This document shows positions 1-7,359 of a stretch of DNA of 32,000 nucleotides, one piece after another. Numbering within the stretch: position 1 is the stretch's first letter; every line of letters starts with the position of its first letter. A model generated the notes under the pieces. That model was not told the origin of the DNA. It did no database searches and saw only the letters and a program-made list of their open reading frames with translations. The position numbers and the translations under genes were made by a program. This DNA comes from Schaalia odontolytica (GTDB lineage: Bacteria; Actinomycetota; Actinomycetes; Actinomycetales; Actinomycetaceae), in contig NZ_CP040006.1 of NCBI RefSeq assembly GCF_005696695.1, positions 1,410,001-1,442,000 of the forward strand. The letters are read 5' to 3'.

Positions 1-1
1 C

Positions 2-1429
2 ACACCCCGCGAGAAGCAAGCGAGGCGCTACGCAACGACTCTCGCTCTCATCGCCACCCTCGGCCCCTTCTTCTACGGATTCGAGGGCATGGTCCTCAAC
101 GCCGCCATCAAGGCCGTGGGATCCACCTTCGAGCTCGGCGCACTACTTCAGGGCGTTGCGGGCGCGGCAGGTGTCATCGGCGGCCTGATCGGCGCCCTCG
201 CCGCGGGACGCATCTCCGACAAGATCGGCCGCAAGACCACTCTCATGTGGGTCGGTCCCTTCCTGCTTTTTGAGGCCCTCCTCGGCCCCATCTCTCCCCT
301 CCTGGGTAGTCTCGGCTATCCCTTCCTGCTCCTGACCCGCATCGTTGGCGGTATCGGCTTCGGCGCGGCGACCACGGTTGCCCCCGGCTACGTCGCGGAG
401 ATTGCCCCCGCAGACATCCGCGGGCGTCTCATCGGTTTCCGCCAGCTCGCGATCATCCTGGGCCTGTTCTTCGCCGGCCTCATCAACACGGCGGTCGTCT
501 CGATCACGGGCGGCGCCGCTAAGCCTGCGTTCGGCGGCCTCATGACCTGGCAGGTCCTCTTCGCCTGCCTCATCATCCCGGCCCTCCTCTTCGTCATCTT
601 CACGGCGAAGATTCCCGAGTCTCCCCGCTACCTCGTCTCCGTGGGCCGCACCAAGGAGGCCGAGGAGATCCTAGCCAAGCTGTCCGGCGAGGAAGACCCC
701 GCAGACCGCGTCGAAGCCATCGCCCAGTCCCTGACAATCACGGGCGGCGCGAAACTGTCGATCGGGCAGATCCTGTCCTCGCAGTGGCGCGGCCTCGTGT
801 TTGTCGGCATGGCGATCGCCGCGTTCCAGCAGCTCACCGGCATCAACGGCGTCTTCTTCTACTCCAACTCCCTGTTCGCCGCCGTCGGCTTCACCGAGTC
901 GATGGCCCTTGCCCAGACCCTGCTCATCACCGCCTTCAAGATCGTCGGCGTCCTGTCGGGCATCATGCTGGTGGACCGCGTGGGCCGCAAGCGCATGCTG
1001 ATCTACGGCGGCACCCTCATCTTCGTGTCGCTGGGCATCGTGGCCACGGTCTTCACGGTCGCCCCCACCGTCGACGGCAAGCCGGACGTCGCAGACTCCC
1101 CCGTCCTGGCGTTCCTGGCGGTCGCGGCCTTGTGCACCTTCCTGCTCGGCTTCACCTCTTCGTGGGGCCCCATCTTCTCCATCGTCATGGGCGAGATGTT
1201 CCCCAACTCGATCCGTGGTGGCGCTATGTCGCTCGCATCGGGCGCCGACTTCCTCGTCAACTTCCTGGTTGTCCTCCTCTTCCCCTTCCTCATCGGCTGG
1301 TCACCCGCTGGCACCTACTGGATCTACTGCGCCTTCGGCGTCCTCGCGGTCATCTTCACGGCGAAATTCCTCACCGAGACCAGCGGCGCTGAGCTTGAGG
1401 ACATGGACAAGGTCGTCACCCAGAAGTGA
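2..1429 (+). CDS. MFS transporter, sugar-porter family (5-prime end outside window)
   Basis: The frame is open from the window edge (TPREKQARRYATTLALIATLGPFFYGFEGM...), so the true start lies upstream. The hydrophobic pattern is multi-TM. Sugar-porter motifs are present: GRISDKIGRK (loop 2-3), IPESPRYL, and a C-terminal PETKG-like TETSGAELED. Confidence 0.9.
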   Translation, partial: TPREKQARRYATTLALIATLGPFFYGFEGMVLNAAIKAVGSTFELGALLQGVAGAAGVIGGLIGALAAGRISDKIGRKTTLMWVGPFLLFEALLGPISPLLGSLGYPFLLLTRIVGGIGFGAATTVAPGYVAEIAPADIRGRLIGFRQLAIILGLFFAGLINTAVVSITGGAAKPAFGGLMTWQVLFACLIIPALLFVIFTAKIPESPRYLVSVGRTKEAEEILAKLSGEEDPADRVEAIAQSLTITGGAKLSIGQILSSQWRGLVFVGMAIAAFQQLTGINGVFFYSNSLFAAVGFTESMALAQTLLITAFKIVGVLSGIMLVDRVGRKRMLIYGGTLIFVSLGIVATVFTVAPTVDGKPDVADSPVLAFLAVAALCTFLLGFTSSWGPIFSIVMGEMFPNSIRGGAMSLASGADFLVNFLVVLLFPFLIGWSPAGTYWIYCAFGVLAVIFTAKFLTETSGAELEDMDKVVTQK

Positions 1430-1469
1430 GCGCTCTCCCCTCCTATTTCAACGACGAAAAGGCACTGCA

Positions 1470-2990
1470 ATGACTGATACGACTCGGGATATTCCCGACA
1501 ACGTGCGCAACGTCCTGGTCATCATGACCGACCAGCATCGCACCGACACGATCGGCTGCCTGGGCAACCCCCATGCGCGCACCCCCGTCATCGATGCGAT
1601 GGGCGAATCCGGATTTGCCTTCACCCACTGCTTCACCCCCACAGCTATCTGCACGCCGGCGCGCGCCTCGCTGCTCACCGGCAAGCGCCCAGGTAAGCAC
1701 CAGGTGCTGGCCAACCCCGAGTGGAATATCGCCTACCAGGTCTCGATCCCCGAGGGAACGTGGACATACACGCAGGAGCTGCGCGACGCCGGTTACAACG
1801 TCGGCATCGTCGGTAAGTACCACTGCGGCTACAACCTGCCCGACAAGTTCGGCGCGGACGACGACACCTACTGGGGTGCCGAAAATCCCGTGGCTAACGA
1901 GAAGTACGTCGCCTGGCTCGAGGCCAACAACCTCCCGCCGGTGCGCGCGCACGACCTGTGGCGAGGCAAGCTGCCCGGCGGGCGCGACGGCCACATCATC
2001 GCCGCGCGCCTCGATCAGCCCGAGGAGGCCACCTTCGAGCGCTTCCTGGCGGACCGCGCGATCGAGAAGCTGCGTGAGTACGCGGCCGACTGGAAGGACT
2101 CGAAGCAGCCCTTCTGCCTCGACGTGCACTTCTTCGGCCCCCACCTGCCCTACTTCCTGCCGGACGAGTGGTTCGACCTCATCGATCCAGACGACGTCGA
2201 GCTGCCGGAAAACTTCGGCGACTCCCTCATCGGCAAGCCCCCAATCCAGGAGAACTACGCGACCTACTGGTCCACGTCCTCGTTCACGAACGAGCAGTGG
2301 AAGAAGCTCATCGCGGTCTACTGGGGATACACGGCCATGATTGACTTCGAGATCGGGCGCATCATGGACGTGGCGCGCGAACTGGGCATCCTGGACGACA
2401 CGGCGGTCTTCTTCTGCGCGGACCACGGTGAGTTCACGGGTTCACACCGCCTCAACGACAAGGGCCCGATGATGTACGACGACATCTACAACGTTCCCTT
2501 CATCGCCCACATCCCCGGCGTCTCGACCGTGGGCCGCTCCGACGCGTTCGTCTCCCTCATCGACCTGCCGGCCACGGTGCTCGACATCGCGGGCCTGGAC
2601 ACCTCGCTCGTGGAGGATGGCCGCTCGATCGTGGACCTGACGCGCGGCGAGGACGTCGAAGGCTGGCGCGAGGACATCGTGTGCGAGTTCCACGGCCACC
2701 ACTTTCCCCTCCAGCAGCGCATGCTGCGCACGCGGGACTTCAAGCTCGTCATCAACCCCGAGTCGATCAACGAGCTCTACGACCTGCGCCTGGATCCGGC
2801 GGAGATGAACAACGTGTACACCGTGCCCGTCTACGACGAGATCCGCAGGGAACTGGCGACAAACCTGTACCTGCAGCTACGCGAGCGCGGGGACCACTCC
2901 TTCGCCAAGTGGATGGCGGCGATGACAGACTTTGACATCCCGCTGGTGAACACGGCTCGCTCCGACCTCGACGAGGTCACGAGCGACTAA
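1470..2990 (+). CDS. Type I (formylglycine-dependent) sulfatase, Cys-type, no signal peptide
   Basis: ATG at 1470 with AAAAGG about 8 nt upstream. Sulfatase signatures: VLVIMTDQHR, CTPARASLLTGK (C-x-P-x-R at 1650-1664), GKYHCG, CADHGE. The N terminus MTDTTRDIPDNVRN has no hydrophobic or twin-arginine leader. The ORF-track start at 1215 overlaps the MFS 3-prime end and is S/P/R-rich, so I rejected it. Confidence 0.93.
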   Translation: MTDTTRDIPDNVRNVLVIMTDQHRTDTIGCLGNPHARTPVIDAMGESGFAFTHCFTPTAICTPARASLLTGKRPGKHQVLANPEWNIAYQVSIPEGTWTYTQELRDAGYNVGIVGKYHCGYNLPDKFGADDDTYWGAENPVANEKYVAWLEANNLPPVRAHDLWRGKLPGGRDGHIIAARLDQPEEATFERFLADRAIEKLREYAADWKDSKQPFCLDVHFFGPHLPYFLPDEWFDLIDPDDVELPENFGDSLIGKPPIQENYATYWSTSSFTNEQWKKLIAVYWGYTAMIDFEIGRIMDVARELGILDDTAVFFCADHGEFTGSHRLNDKGPMMYDDIYNVPFIAHIPGVSTVGRSDAFVSLIDLPATVLDIAGLDTSLVEDGRSIVDLTRGEDVEGWREDIVCEFHGHHFPLQQRMLRTRDFKLVINPESINELYDLRLDPAEMNNVYTVPVYDEIRRELATNLYLQLRERGDHSFAKWMAAMTDFDIPLVNTARSDLDEVTSD

Positions 2991-2996
2991 CCCCCG

Positions 2997-3038
2997 GCCT
3001 CGGCGGTGGGAGGACTGACGCGCCCCCGCCGCCGAGGC
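2997..3038 (+). terminator. Stem-loop after the sulfatase gene (possible weak terminator or processing site)
   Basis: 10-bp perfect stem, GCCTCGGCGG (2997-3006) pairing with CCGCCGAGGC (3029-3038). The loop is 22 nt and there is no U tract. Confidence 0.3.
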
Positions 3039-3050
3039 GAACTCGCGCCC

Positions 3051-3079
3051 TGCACACCCCTCACAGTGACGCGTATCAT
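3051..3079 (+). promoter_or_regulatory. Candidate internal promoter for ROK-anSME-TSUP (TGCACA-17-TATCAT)
   Basis: Hexamers at 3051-3056 and 3074-3079 lie in a locally AT-richer patch downstream of the hairpin and 68 nt upstream of the ROK ATG. This is a pattern match only. Confidence 0.25.
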
Positions 3080-3146
3080 AGAAACTGTCAACGAGGCCGG
3101 AGTGCCCCGAGCGGATGCCAACGATGAAGCGCCGGGAAGGAGAGGC

Positions 3147-4364
3147 ATGCACTACCCCACGCGCAGACCTCTGCCCACCCTCGAAGACCGCATCGTCGCC
3201 CACCTGGCCAAAGCCCCCGCGACGCGCTCCCAGCTATGCGAGGCGCTCGACACCTCGCGCACGAACCTGGGGCGCGCGCTCACCACCCTCCTCGACGAGG
3301 GTTCAGTGACTCCGGTGCGCACGAACGCCCCCGGACGAGGCCGGCCCACCCAACTCCTCACCCTCAACTCCTCGGCGGTACACTGCGTCGGCCTGAACGT
3401 CACGCGCACGTCATGCGCGGGCGTCATGCTCTCGCGCAACGGCACCGTCCTGGCAGCCGTCCACATCGTCTCCCCCACCTCCCCTTCCCTCCAGCTCTCT
3501 CTCGAACAGACCTGCGAGGCCCTGGCCGCGAGCGCGGCCCGTCAGGGGATCGACACCTCGACGGTGCGCGCGGTGGGCGTGGGGGTTCCCATTCCAATGG
3601 GGCGTAACGCCAGGCTCTCCTCGGACGCGTACCCGACCATGGAGGAGCTCAGCAAGCTCACGCGTCGCTGGTGGGATCCACTCCCGGTCGTCGACAACAC
3701 CGTGCGCATGGCGGCACTGGCGGAGGCCTTGTGGGGCGCGGGCGCGGACATGTCCTCGTTCATCTATCTGCGCCTGTCAGGAGGCGTGGGCGGCTGCGTC
3801 GTCTCCGATTTTCGCCTGGTTGGTGGGGCGGGCGGCCTGGCCGGGGAACTGGGACACATGACGGTGGGGACCAATGAGTCACCCTGCGCCTGCGGCAAGC
3901 GTGGGTGCCTCGAGACGCTGGCCTCCGTCCCGGCGCTGTGTGAGCGCGCGGGCGTTGCCGATATTGCTCAGCTGCGAGCCGCCGTCCTCTCGGGTGACAC
4001 ACATGCGCGCGAGGCCTTGGAGCAGGCGGCGCAGGCCGTCGGCTATGTCCTTGGCTCGGCCGCGCTCCTCATTAACCCGAGGGCCATCATCGTTGCCGGC
4101 GAAATCGTCGACGCGTTCCCCTCCCTGCGATCCGACATAGCGGCCTCCATGTACGGGGAGCTCCTTCCCGTCATGGAGTGGGACATCGACGTCGTGGGAG
4201 CGTCGCTGGGGCCCCTGGGCGCTGCTCAGGCCAGTGCGTATATCGCCGCCCACCCTTTTGAGGAGGACACCCCGGCTGCCCACTGCCCCGAGGAAGGCTC
4301 ACCCCAGCGGGAGGGGCCGGCCTCGTCGATGAGGGCGAGCATCGTTCGAAGGGAGCGGCCGTGA
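3147..4364 (+). CDS. ROK-family transcriptional regulator (NagC/Mlc/XylR-like)
   Basis: ATG at 3147 is preceded by GGAAGGAGAGG. N-terminal winged-HTH region: ATRSQLCEALDTSRTNLGRALTTLLDEGSV. ROK signature with zinc motif: GELGHMTVGTNESPCACGKRGCLETLAS. The stop codon overlaps the anSME GTG start (GTGA at 4361-4364). Confidence 0.9.
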   Translation: MHYPTRRPLPTLEDRIVAHLAKAPATRSQLCEALDTSRTNLGRALTTLLDEGSVTPVRTNAPGRGRPTQLLTLNSSAVHCVGLNVTRTSCAGVMLSRNGTVLAAVHIVSPTSPSLQLSLEQTCEALAASAARQGIDTSTVRAVGVGVPIPMGRNARLSSDAYPTMEELSKLTRRWWDPLPVVDNTVRMAALAEALWGAGADMSSFIYLRLSGGVGGCVVSDFRLVGGAGGLAGELGHMTVGTNESPCACGKRGCLETLASVPALCERAGVADIAQLRAAVLSGDTHAREALEQAAQAVGYVLGSAALLINPRAIIVAGEIVDAFPSLRSDIAASMYGELLPVMEWDIDVVGASLGPLGAAQASAYIAAHPFEEDTPAAHCPEEGSPQREGPASSMRASIVRRERP

Positions 4365-5626
4365 CGCGCCCAATCCCCTTCTCCGTCGTCACCAAACCGA
4401 CGGGAGCAGCCTGCAACCTGGACTGTCAGTATTGCTTTTTCCTGTCCAAGGAGCTGCTCTACGATGCGGCGGCGCAGACCATGTCCGAGCAGACTTTGGA
4501 GCGTTACGTCGAGGCATTCCTGGAGTCGAGCCCCGACGGCGAGGTCACGATGCTGTGGCAGGGCGGGGAGCCGACCCTGCGTGGCCTGGCCTTTTTTAAG
4601 CGCCTCGTGGAGCTGTGTGAGCGCTACCGTCGCCCCACCCAGCGCGTGCATCATGCCCTGCAGACGAACGGCACGCTGGTGACCGACGAGTGGGCGCAAT
4701 TTTTCGCCGACCACGGCTTCCTCGTGGGGGTCTCCATTGACGGGCCCGCTCCCCTGCACGACGCCTACCGGCTCAACCGTGGCAGGCGCGGCACCCACGC
4801 GATGGTTGTGCGCGGCTGGGAGGCGCTCGCCCGCGCGGGCGTGGAGACGAACATCCTGTGCACGGTCAACGCCGCGAACGAGGAGCACGGGGAGCGGGTG
4901 TACCGCTACTTCCGCGACGATCTGGGGGCCCGATACCTGCAGTTCATCCCGATCGTCGAGCGCGTGCGCGCCGCGGACCTGGCCCAGGCCGAGCGCGGCT
5001 GGCGTTCCGGAACATCGGCGCTCCTGTACCGCCAGGACGGGGACTGCGTCACCAGCCGTTCCACGTCCCCCGCCTCCTACGGGCGCTTCCTGTGCGAGGT
5101 GTTCGACCAGTGGCTGGCCACCGACGTCGGCGATGTCTTCATTCAGGACGTGGATTCAACTCTGTCGGCCATGTTTGGCTCGGCCACGGTGTGCGTGCAC
5201 GCACCCCAGTGCGGGGCGAACATGGCGATGGAATTCAACGGGGACGTCTACGCCTGCGATCACTGGGTGGAGCCGGATTGGTTGGTCGGCTCGATCAACT
5301 CCTCGTCCTTCACGCAGCTGGCGGCCTCGGACAAGATGCGAGACTTCGCGCGTCTCAAGCCCGACCTGGACAACGAGTGCCGCGCATGCCCGCACCTGCG
5401 GCTCTGCTGGGGCGGGTGCCCGAAAGACCGTTTCGTGCGCCGGGGTGAGTCCACGCATAACTACCTGTGCGAGGGCTACCGGGCGTTCTACGAGCATGCC
5501 ACCCCGGCCCTGCGCGCCATGGGCATGCTGATCGCGGCGGGCAGGCCGGCCTCGGACATCATGGACCCCGCGGTCTCTACCTCCCTCGGACTATCTCTCA
5601 CCACATCCATCCGGACTGACCAATGA
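4361..5626 (+). CDS. Anaerobic sulfatase-maturating enzyme (radical SAM / SPASM, AtsB/ChuR-like)
   Basis: Cx3Cx2C radical-SAM cluster CNLDCQYC (4412-4435). GGEPTL SAM-binding motif. C-terminal SPASM cysteine patterns: CVHAPQCG...YACDHW and CRACPHLRLCWGGCPKDR. Located 1.4 kb downstream of a Cys-type sulfatase. Confidence 0.93.
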   Translation: MTRPIPFSVVTKPTGAACNLDCQYCFFLSKELLYDAAAQTMSEQTLERYVEAFLESSPDGEVTMLWQGGEPTLRGLAFFKRLVELCERYRRPTQRVHHALQTNGTLVTDEWAQFFADHGFLVGVSIDGPAPLHDAYRLNRGRRGTHAMVVRGWEALARAGVETNILCTVNAANEEHGERVYRYFRDDLGARYLQFIPIVERVRAADLAQAERGWRSGTSALLYRQDGDCVTSRSTSPASYGRFLCEVFDQWLATDVGDVFIQDVDSTLSAMFGSATVCVHAPQCGANMAMEFNGDVYACDHWVEPDWLVGSINSSSFTQLAASDKMRDFARLKPDLDNECRACPHLRLCWGGCPKDRFVRRGESTHNYLCEGYRAFYEHATPALRAMGMLIAAGRPASDIMDPAVSTSLGLSLTTSIRTDQ

Positions 5627-6423
5627 TCATTGAAGCGCTCCTCATCGGCGCATTCGTCGGCATCGTCGTCGGCTCACTCGGCGCGGGAGGCGGCATCTTG
5701 TCGGTGCGGATCCTCGTCTACATTCTTGGGCAGGATCCTCACCAGGCGACGGGCCTATCCCTGATCATCGTGGGGCTGACGGCCGCAGTCTCGCTGGCAA
5801 CTCGTGCTCGCAGCGGGAACGTCGCGTGGCGCGAAGGCTCTCTCTTCGCCCTGGTGGGCCTGGCGGGCACGTGGGCGGGTTCGGCTCTCGGCCCGCTCGT
5901 CTCGGCGCGCACCCTCATGCTCTCCTTCTGCGCTCTCCTAGCAGCGGTCGCGGTGTTCATGGTGCGCTCGCAGCTGCGCCCATCTGCTTCGCCTTCGCCG
6001 AACGAGGCCGGGGATAGCAACGTCGACAAGGGCTCCTGGACGCTCGGGACCGTGTCCCGGGTGGTCGCGCTGGCGACGCTGACGGGTTTCCTCACGGGAT
6101 TCTTCGGCGTCGGCGGAGGCTTCGCGATCGTGCCCGCGCTGCACCTGGCGCTGCGATACCCGATGAAGCGGGCCTCCGCGACATCCCTGCTGGTCATGGT
6201 CATCACCGCCGCCTTCGGGCTGGCGTCGCGCACGGCCGCCGGAACCCTGACGATCACCGCCGAGGCCGGGGTCATGGTCGCACTCTTCGCCGCAGCATCG
6301 ATGGGAGGCGGCATCGTGGGAGCCAGGCTCACCAAGAGAGTCTCGAACCGGGCTCTCGGCCTTGTCTTCGCCGCACTTCTGGTGTGTGTGGCCGTCTCGA
6401 CCCTGGCCGCCACACTCACATAA
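5623..6423 (+). CDS. TauE/SafE (TSUP, DUF81) family anion permease
   Basis: 266-aa polytopic protein with the duplicated glycine motifs typical of TSUP proteins: SLGAGGGILSV in the first half and FFGVGGGFAIVP in the second. Its ATG overlaps the anSME stop (ATGA at 5623-5626). Confidence 0.85.
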   Translation: MIIEALLIGAFVGIVVGSLGAGGGILSVRILVYILGQDPHQATGLSLIIVGLTAAVSLATRARSGNVAWREGSLFALVGLAGTWAGSALGPLVSARTLMLSFCALLAAVAVFMVRSQLRPSASPSPNEAGDSNVDKGSWTLGTVSRVVALATLTGFLTGFFGVGGGFAIVPALHLALRYPMKRASATSLLVMVITAAFGLASRTAAGTLTITAEAGVMVALFAAASMGGGIVGARLTKRVSNRALGLVFAALLVCVAVSTLAATLT

Positions 6424-6425
6424 AA

Positions 6426-6456
6426 GGCGCGCGAGACTGATGTCGTCTCGCGCGCC
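6426..6456. terminator. Bidirectional intrinsic terminator between convergent genes
   Basis: 12-bp perfect GC-rich stem, GGCGCGCGAGAC (6426-6437) pairing with GTCTCGCGCGCC (6445-6456), with a 7-nt loop. A-run at 6422-6425 gives a UUUU tail on the minus-strand transcript. It lies 2 nt after the TSUP stop and 8 nt after the minus-strand gene stop. Confidence 0.65.
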
Positions 6457-6464
6457 CTCAGCGC

Positions 6465-7160
6465 TCAGCTGGCGGTCGAACCCTCGCTCTGGGTGGAGGT
6501 GTCCGCACTGCCCTGGCTTCCAGACTTGCTACCGGGGCCTCGGCCACCCTCCGGAGGACGGCCCGGGCGTGTGCTGCCGGTGTCTCCCCGCTGCGAGCCC
6601 GGGCCCTGCTGCTGGCCACTTCCGGGACCCTGCTGGCTGCCAGGTCCCTGCTGATGGCCGTTACCCGGGCCCTGCTGGCTGCCAGGCCCCTGCTGCTGAC
6701 CACCGGGCCCGAAATCACCCTCCTCGTCGCCGTAGCCCTGGTCGTTGTAACCGTCCTCGTAGCCTTGCTCGTAAAAGTCCCGTCCATCGCCCATGACGGC
6801 CGCATGCGTGATGATGCCCGCGCCGAAGCCGACGGACAGCAGTGCGACTGCCGCCCCGGCGATAGCTGCGCGCTTACCCCACGAGGTCTTCGTCGATGCG
6901 GGCCTGGCCGCAGCGGGGCTCGCTGCCACGGCCTCGTCGCCTGCCTGATCCTCGGCAGCAGACCCCGCGACAGACTCCAGGGGCGTGCCGGCGAACGCGT
7001 TGCCGCTTTCCTCCTGCGCGACAGTAGGCAGCTGCGCCGTTTGCGCCTGGGACACGTGGGTGGGTAGCACTTCGGTCTGATCCGAGGCCTGCGGCTCCGA
7101 CTGGGGCAGGATCGAGGTGCGCTCGGTGTCACCCGCCAGGTTCTTGTTGTCGTCCGCCAT
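6465..7160 (-). CDS. Hypothetical single-pass membrane protein with acidic/Tyr segment and C-terminal Q/G/P-rich tandem repeats
   Basis: ATG at 7160 (MADDNKNLAG...) is preceded by AAAGGAG 7 nt upstream. One predicted TM segment, AAIAGAAVALLSVGFGAGIITHAAV (6795-6869), is preceded by KTSWGKR. This is followed by DFYEQGYEDGYNDQGYGDEEGDF and then (Q)QQGPGS repeats. I recognise no family. Confidence 0.6.
   Translation of the reverse strand: MADDNKNLAGDTERTSILPQSEPQASDQTEVLPTHVSQAQTAQLPTVAQEESGNAFAGTPLESVAGSAAEDQAGDEAVAASPAAARPASTKTSWGKRAAIAGAAVALLSVGFGAGIITHAAVMGDGRDFYEQGYEDGYNDQGYGDEEGDFGPGGQQQGPGSQQGPGNGHQQGPGSQQGPGSGQQQGPGSQRGDTGSTRPGRPPEGGRGPGSKSGSQGSADTSTQSEGSTAS
6591..6710 (-). repeat. In-frame imperfect ~18-nt tandem repeats encoding GPG(S/N)(G)(H)QQ units
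   Basis: Peptide: GPGGQQQGPGSQQGPGNGHQQGPGSQQGPGSGQQQGPGSQR. On the + strand this appears as repeated ggccctgctg(c/g)tg.. units. Confidence 0.8.
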
Positions 7161-7359
7161 GGGGACGCTCCTTTCTGCTGATGTGTGCATCATTGCTTCG
7201 CAGATTAGGGACGACAACTAAGCGGACGTTATGGCGAAACTGTGAAAACACTATGAAATAACAGGTGTTGCACATCACCTTTTGGAGCTTGATTTATTTG
7301 TCAGCTCACAACTATCCTGCAACGTTCGACACCCGCCGATCACGCTCAAGAGGTGCCAC

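Noticed and set aside
1215-1469. 85-aa N-terminal extension of the sulfatase ORF, which might have supplied a signal peptide
   Set aside because: It overlaps the 3-prime end of the MFS gene in another frame. It is S/P/R-rich with no hydrophobic core. An ATG at 1470 with an upstream purine-rich RBS begins the conserved sulfatase N terminus.
3006-3146. 47-aa upstream extension of the ROK ORF
   Set aside because: It begins inside the post-sulfatase hairpin. The ATG at 3147 has a strong GGAAGGAGAGG RBS and leaves a normal-length winged-HTH N terminus.
6362-7132. Alternative-frame ORFs in the Q/G/P-repeat region (6362-6796 on +, 6458-7132 on -)
   Set aside because: Repeat DNA stays open in several frames. 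Only the 6465-7160 frame has an AGGAG-type RBS, a TM helix and a coherent repeat peptide. The others are R/P-rich translations of the same repeats.
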